From Selaginella moellendorffii (taxonomy: Eukaryota > Plantae > Lycopodiophyta): DNA of 64,000 bases. The first letter of the stretch is position 1. The number at the start of each line of letters is the position of its first letter. The DNA is taken from contig NW_003314397.1 of assembly GCF_000143415.4 (NCBI RefSeq), positions 124,001-188,000 on the forward strand. Reading direction: 5' to 3'. The notes below the pieces were generated by a model, which was not told the DNA's origin, ran no database searches, and saw only the letters and a list, made by a program, of their open reading frames with translations. This document shows, one piece after another, positions 23,082-34,099 of the stretch. Position numbers and translations under genes: made by a program.

Positions 23082-24026
23082 TAAGACACAAATCCCTAGG
23101 CCCCAAAGTGGAGCCGATGGTATGTCTGGTTAAAGCAAAAATCCAATGAATGTAATACATTTAAATCAAAAGTTTTGAATCAAAAAGTTGAAAACTAGAG
23201 TGGAACTTCAAAACAAAGTGCATGAAACAATTGATAAATGAATATTTAGAAAGGGATACAAGAAAGATTAACATATACCAAATGTTATAACACATGAAAG
23301 TGTTGGGACCAAATATAAAATGGAGTCCTAGAAGAAGTTTAAGAAGGAGTCTGAGATGGAGTCTAAGAAAGTGTTAGGACCAAATACAAAATGGAGTCCT
23401 AGAAGAAGTTTAAGAAGGAGTTTGAGATGGAGTTTAAGAAGGAGTTCAAAATGGAATCCGAGATGGAGCTCGAGGTTGAGTTTAAAATGGAGACTGAGAC
23501 TGGGTCTAAGATTGAGGTCGAGGTTGAGATTGAGATTGAGACTGGGTTTAAGATTGAGGCAAAGACTGAGGCTAAGACCAAGACCGAGACTGAAACCAAG
23601 ATTGAGATAGAGTTCGAAACCAAGTCCAAATACTAATAAGATGAAAGCCTAAAGCAATCATCCCCGGGGAAGGAGGAGGAGGGGGGCACAGAGGGTTGCA
23701 AGAGCTTCCAAAAGTATAGTAGGGAGAGTGTAGGGGTTGGATGTTAGTAGAACCAATTTGGATAAGAAAGGCTAGTGTGGTCACCTATATGGTGGGTGAT
23801 AATATAAGTCTAAGGCTAGAATGAATACTAATGGATAAGCAAGGTAACTTAATAAATTGTTCAAGAGTTGGCTCTAGCTCTCTTGGGAGATCAAATGATC
23901 GATACTCCCAATCCAAGTGTGGGTAATATTACTTACTTGGATATGTGGCTCATCAAAACCTCGTCCTAGCCACATAATTAAGGCACCCAAAGGTGGAAGG
24001 TGGATATAAGGTTGGTGGGTGTTGGG
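23082..24026. mobile_element. Degenerate LTR-like repeat with 6/12-bp minisatellite (copy A; interrupted by the chromovirus, resumes at 29618)
   Basis: Shares terminus (t/g)agacac..ccctaggccccaaagtggagc, gagatggagtc arrays and the aaagtatagtaggg block with copies at ~30040, 31134 and 34100. Confidence 0.7.
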
Positions 24027-24387
24027 TGTCAAGACCCCTGACAAGATCAAGACTGGAAAATGCAAAAAGACAAAGAGAAAAGCTAGTGGAAACAAAGAAA
24101 AAGCATTAGACTGGCATTGATTCAGATTGTGGAGAAATGGAACAAGGCTAACCTATATATACTATAAGTTGATGAAGCTCCACCACTCTTGGATCGAGGA
24201 CGGCCTAAATATAGCTGAGGTCGAGGAGGTGCCACATCATCATCAGGAATGTGGCTCGAGACTCAGGAATCGGGAAGTGTCTCGAGAGTCAGGAATAGGG
24301 AAGTGTCTCGAGAGTCAGGAATGTGGTCTGCAGGTAAGGAATCCGGCGAGAGTTAGGAATGTGGCAAGAATTGGGGGATTCCTGACA
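24027..24387 (-). repeat. 3' LTR (361 bp, two 26-bp internal units)
   Basis: Direct repeat of 29200-29612 with tgtc...gaca termini. Confidence 0.95.
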
Positions 24388-24402
24388 GCACCCCCTCCTC
24401 AA
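24388..24402 (-). promoter_or_regulatory. Polypurine tract
   Basis: Minus strand TTGAGGAGGGGGTGC immediately before the 3' LTR. Confidence 0.85.
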
Positions 24403-25868
24403 GAACGAGTGGAACGAGGATGTGAACGAGAACGAAGAGGAGGATGAGATGAGCGGCGAGGGATGGGAGATGGAGAAAAAGAATGAGGACTGGGACGAGA
24501 AGGATAGCGGCGGTGGAAGTCCTGAACAAGGTCAGGAGAATGAATCAGGTTGTCCGCAGGTTCCCAAGTGCGTTCCTCAGGTCCATAACCCTTCCAGTCC
24601 ACCAGATAGTAGAGTTTAGACCGTGAAATCTTGGAATCAAGGATGTCCTGAACCTCGTACTCAGACCCATCCTCGAGCTGCATTGGTGGAGGCGGAGGAA
24701 TGACCCGATTTGGAATAGGACTGGGAATATAAGGCTCAAGGAGAGAGGAGTGAAAAATGGGGTGAATTTGATATGAGGAGGGAAGTGCAAGGTGATAAGT
24801 GACAGGATTAATGATGGCAGTGATAGGGAAAGGACCAAGGCGTTTGAAATCGAGTTTTGAACAGGGCCTGGTGATGGAGATATTTCGCTTGAGGAGCCAG
24901 ACTTTATCCCCGATATTGTAAGGGGGACAATCTTGACGATGGACATTGGCAAATGTTTTATGAGATTCTTGAGCACGATGGAGGTGGACGGAGATGGAGT
25001 TGTGGATTTCTTGGAGGTTGGAGATAAATGCCTCAGAGCGGGGATTTGAACGAGAGGATTCAGATGGAGAAGGAAGTGAGAGATTGAATCGGGGATTTCG
25101 GCTAGAGTTCGCAAAGAAGGGGGAAACTCGAAAAGAGGAGTGAACAGAGTTGTTATAAGAGAACTCAGCAAGGGGAAGGATATCGAACCAGTTATCCTGA
25201 TGATAGTTGATGAAGCACCTCAAGAATTGTTCCAACGTCTGAATCGTTCGCTCGGATTGCCCATCAGTTTGAGGATGATATGCCAAAGAGAGGTTGGCCT
25301 TCACTCCAAGCAGCTGCAAAAACCGTTGCCAGAAATGAGAGATGAACTGAGGCCCCCGATCTAAAACCACATCTGTAGGAATCCCATGAAGTCGGAAAAT
25401 TTCCCTGAATACCAGTTTTGCCATGTCCTCGCCCGAAAACTCCTTGGTACATGGCAAGAAGTGCGCCATCTTTGTGAAGCGATCCACCACGACTAAAATG
25501 TCGTTGAAGCCTCCAGAACTCGGAAGATCACTCAAGAAATCCATGGAGATGGATTCCCAAGGACCTGAAGGGACTGGAAGGGAACGAAGCAAACCTGAAG
25601 GAAGGTGGCGAGGTACCTTATTCCGGGCACAAGTGTCACAGGAGGTAACAAAAGCTTTGATGTAGTCGTCCATGTGAGGCCACCAAAAGTCCCGTGCAAC
25701 TAGCTCATAGGTTTTCGCAATGCCGAAGTGACCAGCAGTCGGGCTATCGTGGCACGCCATCAGGACCAACCTTCGAGCATCACCTTCAGGAACGTAAAGC
25801 TGCTCCCCACGGTACAATAAGCCATCTAAGAACTCGAACTCGTCAAATCGCCGGCAGTCGGGAGTCAC
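24399..25868 (-). CDS. Integrase (HHCC, DDE) + chromodomain, separated from RT-RH by a frameshift
   Basis: HD...GHFG..CDTC; SMDF, DRGPQF, GQSER; GPF; YEVQDILDSK..YYLVDWKGY. Confidence 0.9.
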   Translation of the reverse strand: MTPDCRRFDEFEFLDGLLYRGEQLYVPEGDARRLVLMACHDSPTAGHFGIAKTYELVARDFWWPHMDDYIKAFVTSCDTCARNKVPRHLPSGLLRSLPVPSGPWESISMDFLSDLPSSGGFNDILVVVDRFTKMAHFLPCTKEFSGEDMAKLVFREIFRLHGIPTDVVLDRGPQFISHFWQRFLQLLGVKANLSLAYHPQTDGQSERTIQTLEQFLRCFINYHQDNWFDILPLAEFSYNNSVHSSFRVSPFFANSSRNPRFNLSLPSPSESSRSNPRSEAFISNLQEIHNSISVHLHRAQESHKTFANVHRQDCPPYNIGDKVWLLKRNISITRPCSKLDFKRLGPFPITAIINPVTYHLALPSSYQIHPIFHSSLLEPYIPSPIPNRVIPPPPPMQLEDGSEYEVQDILDSKISRSKLYYLVDWKGYGPEERTWEPADNLIHSPDLVQDFHRRYPSRPSPHSFSPSPIPRRSSHPPLRSRSHPRSTRS

Positions 25869-28156
25869 TGGGTGTCCAGCCTGAAGATGGGGAAAATGTC
25901 GCTAGCGAGATCATCGGATTGAAGATCGTTTCTGATTGCATCCATCAAGGAGGAGTCCTGAGGGGCCAGGGAAATTGCCATAACTTGAAGCCGATCAGGA
26001 CCGAGGATAACTTGATCCTGTTGATCGAAGGCAGGATTACCAGGCCTGAGACTGAGATAGGAGCGCCTTGAAAGAGCATCAGGAAGGCCTTGAAACTTTC
26101 CAGGTCTGTACTTGATAACAAAGTCAAACCGACTCAGGAATTGTGCCCACCTTGCTTGACGATGGCTTAAAACTCGGGAAGTGGCAAAGTACTCGAGATT
26201 TTTGTGATCCGTCCAGACTGTTGTTTGATGGCTCGCCCCCTCCAAGAAACGGCGCCACTCTCCAAAGGAATCCACGATGGCAAGGAGCTCATTGTCGTGG
26301 ATTTCGTAATTGATCTCCGCAGGTTGGAATTTCCGAGAATGGAAAGCGACCGGATGAAGTTTGTGATCCGCTCCGAGTTGAGACAGCACAACACCAATGG
26401 CAAAGTCGGAGGCGTCAGCCTCGATGAAGAAAGGTTGTGAGGAATCAGCATGGATCAAGACAGGAGCAGAACTGAAGGCCGCCTTGAGTGTGTCGAAGGC
26501 CTGCTGGGCAGCAGCAGACCAAGAGAAGGGAACATCCTTGCGAGTGAAATATGTGAGAGGAAGGACAATGTCAGAGTAGTGATCAATGAATTTGCGGTAG
26601 AAGTTGGCGAAGCCGAGGAAAACCTGAACGTCCGACATTGATTGTGGAAGCTCCCATTCGAGAATAGTCTTGACTTTGGCAGGATCCATCGTGATACCTT
26701 CAGGAGTGACAATGTACCCAAGGAACTCCACAGACTGTTGATCAAAGGAACATTTCTCAAGCTTCGCGTATAGGCCGTGTTCTCGCAGCTTCGCTAGCAC
26801 CTTGCATACATGTTCGTCATGCTCCTCCTGAGTTTTTGAGTAGATGAGGATGTCATCGAGGTAGACGATCACCATCTGATCAAGAAACTCCCGAAAGACG
26901 TCATTCGCCATGTGTTGGAAAACTGCTGAAGCATTTGTCAAGCCAAATGGCATGACAGTGTACTCGAAGTGGCCATAGCGGGTTCGGAACGCAGTCTTCC
27001 ATTCATCACCAGGCCAGATCCGGATCAGGTTGTATGCTCCACGGAGGTCGATCTTGGTGAAGAAGCGGGCACCGCCGAGGCGTTCCAACAGGTCCGAGAT
27101 CAGGGGAAGCGGATAACGGTTCCGAACAGTCACCTTGTTCAAACCTCGGTAGTCGATGACTAGCCGCAAGCTCCCATCCTTCTTCTTGACAAAGAAGACA
27201 GGCGCTCCAGCTGGGGACTGCGAATGCTGAATGTAGCCCGAGGCAAGGTTCTCATCCACGTACTCTTTGAGGGCCTTAAGCTCGAACGGGGATAACCTGT
27301 AGATAGGCCCCCACGGAGGTGACGCTCCTTCCTGTAAATCAATGGGACAATCATAAGGCCGATGAACAGGCAGTACACTAGCTTTTTTCTTGTCAAACAC
27401 ATCCCCAAAATCATGATACTTCTCAGGAAGATTGACAGGAGAAACATGCAAAGCAAAAAGAAAAAGAGGTTCTTTATGAAGGAGTTCTTTCATAGTGATT
27501 GTGGAGATAGGAGGAGGCGTACGACTAAATGGAATGATGAGACGAGGATACGGTCCAGTGTAAGATGGAAGAGAGGAAAAAGAAGAGGGTGAAAACTTTC
27601 TAGAGTTAGGAACAAAACCCCGATTTGAGTTTAGGGAACTTTTCCTGATTCGGACTCGATGAACAGCAGGGGAAGCCGTGGGAGAGATGAGCTGTAATTC
27701 CTTCCAATAGATCTGAGGCTGATGTAGTTGGAACCAAGGAAGACCGAGCACCACAGAGGAGGACTTGCTGTTGATGATGTTGAAGGCGATATCGGTGACG
27801 GTGGACCCGATGTGTACTCGAATGGGCAACATTTCCCTAAGTCCAGAAGATGGAGACACAAAATGCCCGCCGATGCCTTCAACCCTCAAATCCCGTATGG
27901 TAGGAGAAAGAGGAACGTGATGTCGGGCAGCAAAGTCCGTGTCCATGAAGCAGGAAGTTGCACCCGAGTCCAATAACGCCAGAGCCTTGAGTCCTGATTG
28001 TCCGGTGAAAGAAAGGAGACATGGGACGCGGAAGTTGCGGGAATTGGTGGTGGCTTTGATGAAAGGTGGTGAGGAGCTTGATAAAGAAGAAAAGTGATTT
28101 TTATTCAGGGAGTCCAAACAGACAGCTCCTACTCTGTTTGGACAGGGTCGTTTCCC
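25865..28156 (-). CDS. pol: Pol: aspartic protease, reverse transcriptase, RNase H (expressed by -1 frameshift from gag)
   Basis: LLDSGAT; YLDDILIYS; EADASDFAIG, ELLAIV, TDHKNL, DALSR. Confidence 0.93.
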   Translation of the reverse strand, partial: GKRPCPNRVGAVCLDSLNKNHFSSLSSSSPPFIKATTNSRNFRVPCLLSFTGQSGLKALALLDSGATSCFMDTDFAARHHVPLSPTIRDLRVEGIGGHFVSPSSGLREMLPIRVHIGSTVTDIAFNIINSKSSSVVLGLPWFQLHQPQIYWKELQLISPTASPAVHRVRIRKSSLNSNRGFVPNSRKFSPSSFSSLPSYTGPYPRLIIPFSRTPPPISTITMKELLHKEPLFLFALHVSPVNLPEKYHDFGDVFDKKKASVLPVHRPYDCPIDLQEGASPPWGPIYRLSPFELKALKEYVDENLASGYIQHSQSPAGAPVFFVKKKDGSLRLVIDYRGLNKVTVRNRYPLPLISDLLERLGGARFFTKIDLRGAYNLIRIWPGDEWKTAFRTRYGHFEYTVMPFGLTNASAVFQHMANDVFREFLDQMVIVYLDDILIYSKTQEEHDEHVCKVLAKLREHGLYAKLEKCSFDQQSVEFLGYIVTPEGITMDPAKVKTILEWELPQSMSDVQVFLGFANFYRKFIDHYSDIVLPLTYFTRKDVPFSWSAAAQQAFDTLKAAFSSAPVLIHADSSQPFFIEADASDFAIGVVLSQLGADHKLHPVAFHSRKFQPAEINYEIHDNELLAIVDSFGEWRRFLEGASHQTTVWTDHKNLEYFATSRVLSHRQARWAQFLSRFDFVIKYRPGKFQGLPDALSRRSYLSLRPGNPAFDQQDQVILGPDRLQVMAISLAPQDSSLMDAIRNDLQSDDLASDIFPIFRLDTQ
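28112..28156 (-). promoter_or_regulatory. -1 programmed ribosomal frameshift signal
   Basis: G GGA AAC heptamer in gag phase, 6-nt spacer, perfect 11-bp stem GTCCAAACAGA/TCTGTTTGGAC; pol lies in the -1 frame. Confidence 0.85.
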
Positions 28157-29151
28157 GACTGCAATAGAGGTGGACTTTGAGGCAGAGTGAACTCGAGCAG
28201 TTGAGGAGGCTTCTTGGGACATACAGCTGCTTTGTGCTTAGGATCAGCACAATAGAGGCAAAGATTATGAGATATTTGACGTTGCTTCTCAGCAGGACTC
28301 AACTTCCCTCTAATGAGTCGGGGAGTACCAGAAATATCCATCGGAACCGGAGCAGTAGGTTCAGGAGTATGCCCCAAAGACTCAAGCTGGGATTCCTGAG
28401 TCTGGGACGGAAAAACAGCGGCGCGGCGACTTTCCTGACGACGTTCAAAGAGACGATTGTCACATCGAACAGCTTTGTTGATGGCATCCGACAGGTCCTT
28501 GGGATCCTCCATGGTGAGCAACAAATCCTTGACACCGTTGTTGAGGCCGAAACGAAATTGGTCAATCAGGGCCTGCTCATCCCACTGAGTGTCCAAAGCA
28601 AGGAGTTGGAACTCTGCAGTGTAGATCGAGGCAGGACGAGACCCCTGAGAGAGACGTCTCATCTTTGTGGTAGTAGCCTGAACCCGATCCGTCTCGCCAA
28701 AACATGCTTCGAGCTTCTCTTTGAACAATTGAAGATCCATCAGCTCTGGAACCACGACCCCTTTCATGCTCTTCTCCAGAAGAGGAGAAAACCATGACAA
28801 AGCTGCACCTTCGAGCAACATCCCAATCGCGCCGATTTGAGATTCAAGAGTAGGGTACCGCCGATGTTGAAGTGCGAAGATCAACTCCATCTGGTTCAGG
28901 AATCCGCGAAGCTCCGAACGCTTGCCTGAAAATTTCGCCAGGAAGCTCACCTTCGGTTCAGGAACTTTGCTGGATCCTTGAGCCGAAAGTGAAGCAAGCT
29001 CCTGCTGCATGCGAAGAAGGGTTGCCTTCAGCTCGGTATTCTCAGACTGGATTTTTGCAAGGACTTCAGCAAAGAAATCAGGATGGCTTAGAGACTCCAT
29101 TGGCAAGAAGAAAGAAAAAAGGGGGAAAAAAAGGCAAAGGTAATCAAACAA
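28129..29151 (-). CDS. gag: Gag (retrotransposon capsid + CCHC zinc knuckle); true start probably MESLSH at ~29100
   Basis: FSGKRSELRGFL, LSQGSRPASIYTAEF, PMDI, CLYCADPKHKAAVCP. Confidence 0.9.
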   Translation of the reverse strand: MFDYLCLFFPLFSFFLPMESLSHPDFFAEVLAKIQSENTELKATLLRMQQELASLSAQGSSKVPEPKVSFLAKFSGKRSELRGFLNQMELIFALQHRRYPTLESQIGAIGMLLEGAALSWFSPLLEKSMKGVVVPELMDLQLFKEKLEACFGETDRVQATTTKMRRLSQGSRPASIYTAEFQLLALDTQWDEQALIDQFRFGLNNGVKDLLLTMEDPKDLSDAINKAVRCDNRLFERRQESRRAAVFPSQTQESQLESLGHTPEPTAPVPMDISGTPRLIRGKLSPAEKQRQISHNLCLYCADPKHKAAVCPKKPPQLLEFTLPQSPPLLQSGNDPVQTE

Positions 29152-29182
29152 TCAAAACGAGCTAAATCAAAAAACGAAAAAA

Positions 29183-29197
29183 CACAATCTGAATCAA
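29183..29197 (-). promoter_or_regulatory. Self-priming primer-binding site
   Basis: 15-nt perfect reverse complement of LTR 29290-29304; no TGG/tRNA-type PBS. Confidence 0.8.
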
Positions 29198-29199
29198 AC

Positions 29200-29612
29200 T
29201 GTCAAGACCCCTGACAAGATCAAGACTGGAAAATGCAAAAAGACAAAGAGAAAAGCTAGTGGAAACAAAGAAAAGGCCTTAGATTGGTGTTGATTCAGAT
29301 TGTGGAGAAATGGAACAAGGCTAACCTATATATATTATAGGTTGATGAAGCTCCACCACTCTTGGATCGAGGACGGCCTAAATATAGCTGAGGTCGAGGA
29401 GGTGCCACATCATCATCAGGAATGTGGCTCGAGACTCAGGAATCGGGAAGTGTCTCGAGAGTCAGGAATAGGGGAGTGTCTCGAGAGTCAGGAATAGGGA
29501 AGTGTCTCGAGAGTCAGGAATAGGGAAGTGTCTCGAGAGTCAGGAATGTGGTCTGCAGGTCAGGAATCCGGCGAGAGTCAGAAATGTGGCAAGAATTGGG
29601 GGATTCCTAACA
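29200..29612 (-). repeat. 5' LTR (413 bp, four 26-bp internal units, TATA at ~29327-29334)
   Basis: Direct repeat of 24027-24387. Confidence 0.95.
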
Positions 29613-29617
29613 TTGGG

Positions 29618-30760
29618 TTGTAATGTTTTGAAATGTTATTTCAAAGTCTTAAATTATGGAAAGGGAGAGGAACAATCCTCTTGTATAGTGACTAAAGATA
29701 CAATCACGTGGTAAGAAAGTCCTAGATGTTAATGGGACTTAATGGTTGGGCCTTTGGGCCTTAATCTAGTGGCAGTGTTGCCAAGCACAATTGTGGGTGA
29801 AAAGGGATTTGGTGAGGATTGAAGAAAAGATATTAAGGAAGGGTGTTCCCCATATCTTTGGACATCCTAAGGATGCTAAGGTGTGGTCATGGGATGACCA
29901 CTCATGGACGGATGGCCCAATCATTGAGAAATAAAACTGTGGTATAGGAGGTCTTGGATTACCAATAAGATAAATGTCAATGGACGTAGCTTTAGTGTAA
30001 AGGGTTAATATGTCAACTAAAAAGGGGCACAACAAGGACTGACACATGAAAGTGTCATGAACGAGTCTGAGAAGGAGTTCGAGATAGAGTCCAAGATAAA
30101 GTCTGATATGGACCTGAGATGGACTCAATATAGACCCGAGATGGAGTTTGAGATGGAGTTCAAGATAGATCTGAGATGGAGTCCAAGGTCAAGTCCGAGA
30201 TGAACCTAAGATAGAGTCTAAGATGGACCTAAGATGGTCGAGTCCGAGATGGACCCAAGATGGAGTCTGAGGTCAAGTCCAGATGGAGTCTGAGATGAAC
30301 TCAAGATGGAGTCCAAGGTCGAGTCTGAGATGGACCCTTTGAGACCGAGACCAAGACCAAAACCAAGATTGAGACCGAGATTGAGACTGAGTTCAAGACC
30401 GAGTCTAAGACCAAGTCCAAGTTTGACTCTATGTCTAAATTTGAGTCCAAATCCAAGGGTGAAAGCTCAAAGTGATCATCTCCCAGACCTTAGGGGGTTT
30501 GGTGAGCTCCAAAAGTATAGTAGGAGGAGGACTCTAGTGGAGCCAATTTGTCTAGGAAAAGCTAGTGTAATCAAAGAAAGTTATACCCACATGTTGGGTG
30601 ATGATATAAGTACTGAAGAATCCAAGACTAAAGTGAATATGGATAAACAAACAGGGTAACTTAGTGAAGTGTTCAAGAGCCAGCAGGAGATCAAATGGTC
30701 AATGCTCCCAGTTCAGTGGCACTTCCTAGGATGGGGAAGTGGAGTTTGCACATGTGCAAT
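29618..30760. mobile_element. Remainder of LTR-like repeat A plus another minisatellite-bearing partial copy (B, ~30040-30760)
   Basis: Post-TSD sequence matches the uninterrupted copy C at ~32250-32310; gagatggagtc/gagatggacc arrays. Confidence 0.65.
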
Positions 30761-31133
30761 GAAAGGTGTCAGAGCCATTGAGGAATCGCCTTGAGAGGTC
30801 AATATCAAAATTTCAAAGTATGATAGTTATGTTAATAGAGGTAGAGATTATTCCAAAATGAGTAGTAAGATTGAGATAAAAAAAGTGTTTCTAACAAGTA
30901 TAGCAAAAACCAAATGAACAAAGGGAAAGAATCATATATGATATAATGAGACTCTAAGTTGGAAAGACTATGCTCCTTAAAGGATGGGCAAGGTATGGTG
31001 ACCCTTCAATATCAAACCATTGCCAAATATTGGTTTAGTGCTAAGGATGAAATGGTAATCTATGATGATTACTTTATAAAATAGTTTATCATTTAATGAG
31101 GACATCGAACTTTATGTATGGATGGTGGAGTTT

Positions 31134-32420
31134 TGAGACATAAAGCCCTAGGCCCCAAAGTGGAGCAGAAGGTGTGCCACATAGCAGTGGTCAAAATGAA
31201 AGTTTAACAAGTGTAACATATTTACTCTGGCTCGAAAAGTTGAGATTGGGCGCCACAGCGCTGCCAGTCCAGACATGCACAGTGCCATGGGGGGCGTTTT
31301 CTATGGTTCCTTCGCCAGGGGCATTGGCGTCGCCAGCGCGGTAGGCCTGCCTGAAGAACAAGCTCGGGGTCCTAGCGCCACTCACGATCTGCTGGAACAT
31401 CAGCCCTCTTTGCAAATAAAGTTCTTGCCAAAATTTTGAGTGATTTTCTTGCTTATAATTACTCGATAATTGAGGAGGAGAAGGCAGTATTTGCAGCGTC
31501 TAGCCTTCAGAGATGATACGTAGATTCTTTCACAACGACTTCGAAGAAAACTAGCATTGGTGATAACCGGAGTGGAACTCCAAATGAAATACTTGAGGAA
31601 TGAATACAAAGCAATCAATAAATGAGTCTCTAAAAAGGGACATAAGAAGGACTAACATATGGCAAGTGTTGAGACCGAATCCAAGATGGAGTCTAAGATA
31701 GAGTCCAAGATGAAGTCCAAAATGGAGTCTGAGATGGAGTTTGAAATGGAACCTGAGGTCAAATCTATGATGGAGACTGAGACTGGGTTTGAGATCGAGA
31801 CCAAGGCCAAGACCAAGACTGAGACCAAGATTAAGTCCGAGTGCAAGACTAAGTCTGAGTTCGAGTCGAAATCCAAATGCTAATATAGGTTGAGGGGTGA
31901 AAGCCTAGCCCAAAGCAATCATCCCTGGGGGGGTTCCAAAAGTATAGTAGGGAGTATAGACTCTAGTGGAATCAATTTAGCTAGGAAAGGCTAGTGTGAC
32001 TCAAGAAGGTTACACCTACATGGTGGGTGATGATATAACCATTGAGGAGTCCAAAGCTAAAGCGAACATAAATGGACAGATAAAGTAGTTTCATGAATTG
32101 TTCAAGAGCTAGTTTTACCTTCTTTAGGAGATTAAATGGTTAATACTCCCAATCCAAGTATAGGTGGCACTACCTATTTGGATATTTGGCGTGGTTCATC
32201 AAAACTTCACTCTAGCCATATAAGTACCTACAAGATTGGCATTTGGCTATAGTTTTTTAAAATGTCATCCCAAAATCTCGAATTATGGAAAGGAAAAGTA
32301 GTCCTCTTGTGATATGGTCATATGGCAAGGAGGGGTATAGTCATGGTGTTAACAAGCATGGCTATGGGTAGAAAGTTCTAAGGATCTATTGTGATAATAT
32401 ATCCAAATCTTATTCCATGA
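31134..32420. mobile_element. LTR-like minisatellite repeat, copy C, containing a foreign insert
   Basis: tgagacataaagccctaggccccaaagtggagc terminus; array at 31670-31880. Confidence 0.7.
31229..31405 (-). pseudogene. PPO: Polyphenol oxidase (tyrosinase CuB region) fragment
   Basis: MFQQIVSGARTPSLFF..AYRAGD...PGEGTIENAPHGTVHVWTG; GC-rich island inside an AT-rich repeat. Confidence 0.85.
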
Positions 32421-34099
32421 TTATATGCACTACACTCACCCCCTCTTCAGAGATGTTAATGTCCATATTAACTATTGACTAATAACCTCTAGTGAGCCAA
32501 AGGGAACAAACATCTCAATTTCCACATTGAACCCATGGGATGCTCCAGAAGAAGAAGGACATATGCATGGATTAAGAGTAGGAATATATCTTGCTCAAAG
32601 GTATATTATATTTTTTAAATAGCTACTAATCAATAGAAATTAAACCCATGTTATTTGCTCCAATACCACATGTAACACATGCTATCTCTCACTTTAAAAA
32701 GGGTAATTATTTGATCCTTAGTAGCTATTTTATCCCCATTTATCTTTAAGGTTTCAAGATCCATGGTGATAGTATATCTAAATTTTATCCCATAATCACA
32801 TGTACTACAACTAATGAGACAAAGATGAATGGACATAACCTTAACATAAAGGCCTGATATGTAGTGGTATCTTTGGGTGTCTATCATGGGAATGGACAAG
32901 TGAAACACTTGAACCAAGTGCAAAAACTGAGTGGTATAGAGGCCATTCAAAAGGCTAGTAAATCTTTAAGTTGGGAATAAAATTTATGGAGGTGGTGAGT
33001 GAGACTCTTTTGAATGGTTAAAGGTGTATAAAGTAGAATGGAAAAATTAGTCACTTATATAAATTAGTTATTGCTCCATATTAATAGCCATATTATAACT
33101 TACTAACTATGATTTTTATTTGATACTTAATATATAAAAATGTAAATCACATTTTATTATATATTATAATCCATCAAAATATCTATTGTTCTATCTGGAT
33201 TTTCATAAATTGAGATTTTCAATATCAAGTAGTTCATATCCAAGTCTTCTAATATTACAATACTAAATTATGAAGAGTAGTTTCTGATTTTTACATTAAA
33301 AACTACATGAGAGTGAGAAAATTAACTTGGATTCTCTATGCGCTAACATTTTTTTTCTGTTCTTCTATTTTTATCATTTTTTAAATCCGTTCTAAGCTTC
33401 TATTAAATTTGAGACTCCATAATATAAATATTTTATTTCTTATTAACAAAGAGTTTACCATGTAATTTTATGGTAATTTCTTTTAAGATGATATTCATTA
33501 TCTTACACATTACCAATATAGAGAAACCACTCTCTTGGAGTTTGAATTAATACTTATCTTTTCATAATTGTTATAAATATGATTACAAGTATTGAAAGTT
33601 ACTTATCAGCTAGTCCTTTCGATATTCTTTCCTTACTACCACGATGGTTGAAAGTCGGTATTGCTAGACCCTTTATTAATCCCTTTTGTTCAAGTGTTAG
33701 TAAACATAATTTAGCATTTATACTTGGTCGGATGAGCATAAGAAAGGAATTCCTAGATGTCTATTTAGCTAAGCATACTTAGCCTAGCTTGTTAGTTCTC
33801 TTTTACTCTAATAACCTATCATTTAACAGATATTGAGGGACTAATCTCAATATTATGAGGGTTCTTGTTAAACTAGTGTAAAATGTATTTGCCAAACACC
33901 TTTGCTATCATGCCTTTTGTGTTAGCCTTATTCAGTCTTAATTTCTATTCATAGAAACTATTTAGATTTGTTAATTTGGCATATTTATAGAATGTAAAGA
34001 TTGTTCTTAACATAATAGTGTTGGTCTCGTGTCCAAATTCACAATTTAATGCCATTCCATAATTAGTACGTTTCAAGTTTGTCCCAAAGACTAACTCTA

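Larger units (their letters stand above)
24027..29612 (-). mobile_element. Full-length Ty3/gypsy chromovirus (Tf1/sushi-like) LTR retrotransposon
   Basis: TG..CA LTRs at 24027-24387 and 29200-29612; TTGGG target-site duplication at 24022-24026 and 29613-29617; gag, PR-RT-RH, IN-chromodomain; PPT. Confidence 0.97.

Noticed and set aside
25860-25875. Second programmed recoding event between RNase H and integrase
   Set aside because: No slippery heptamer or stem seen; a post-insertion indel is more likely
32430-33000. Possible highly decayed integrase remnant
   Set aside because: Only a vague resemblance; no catalytic motif can be read
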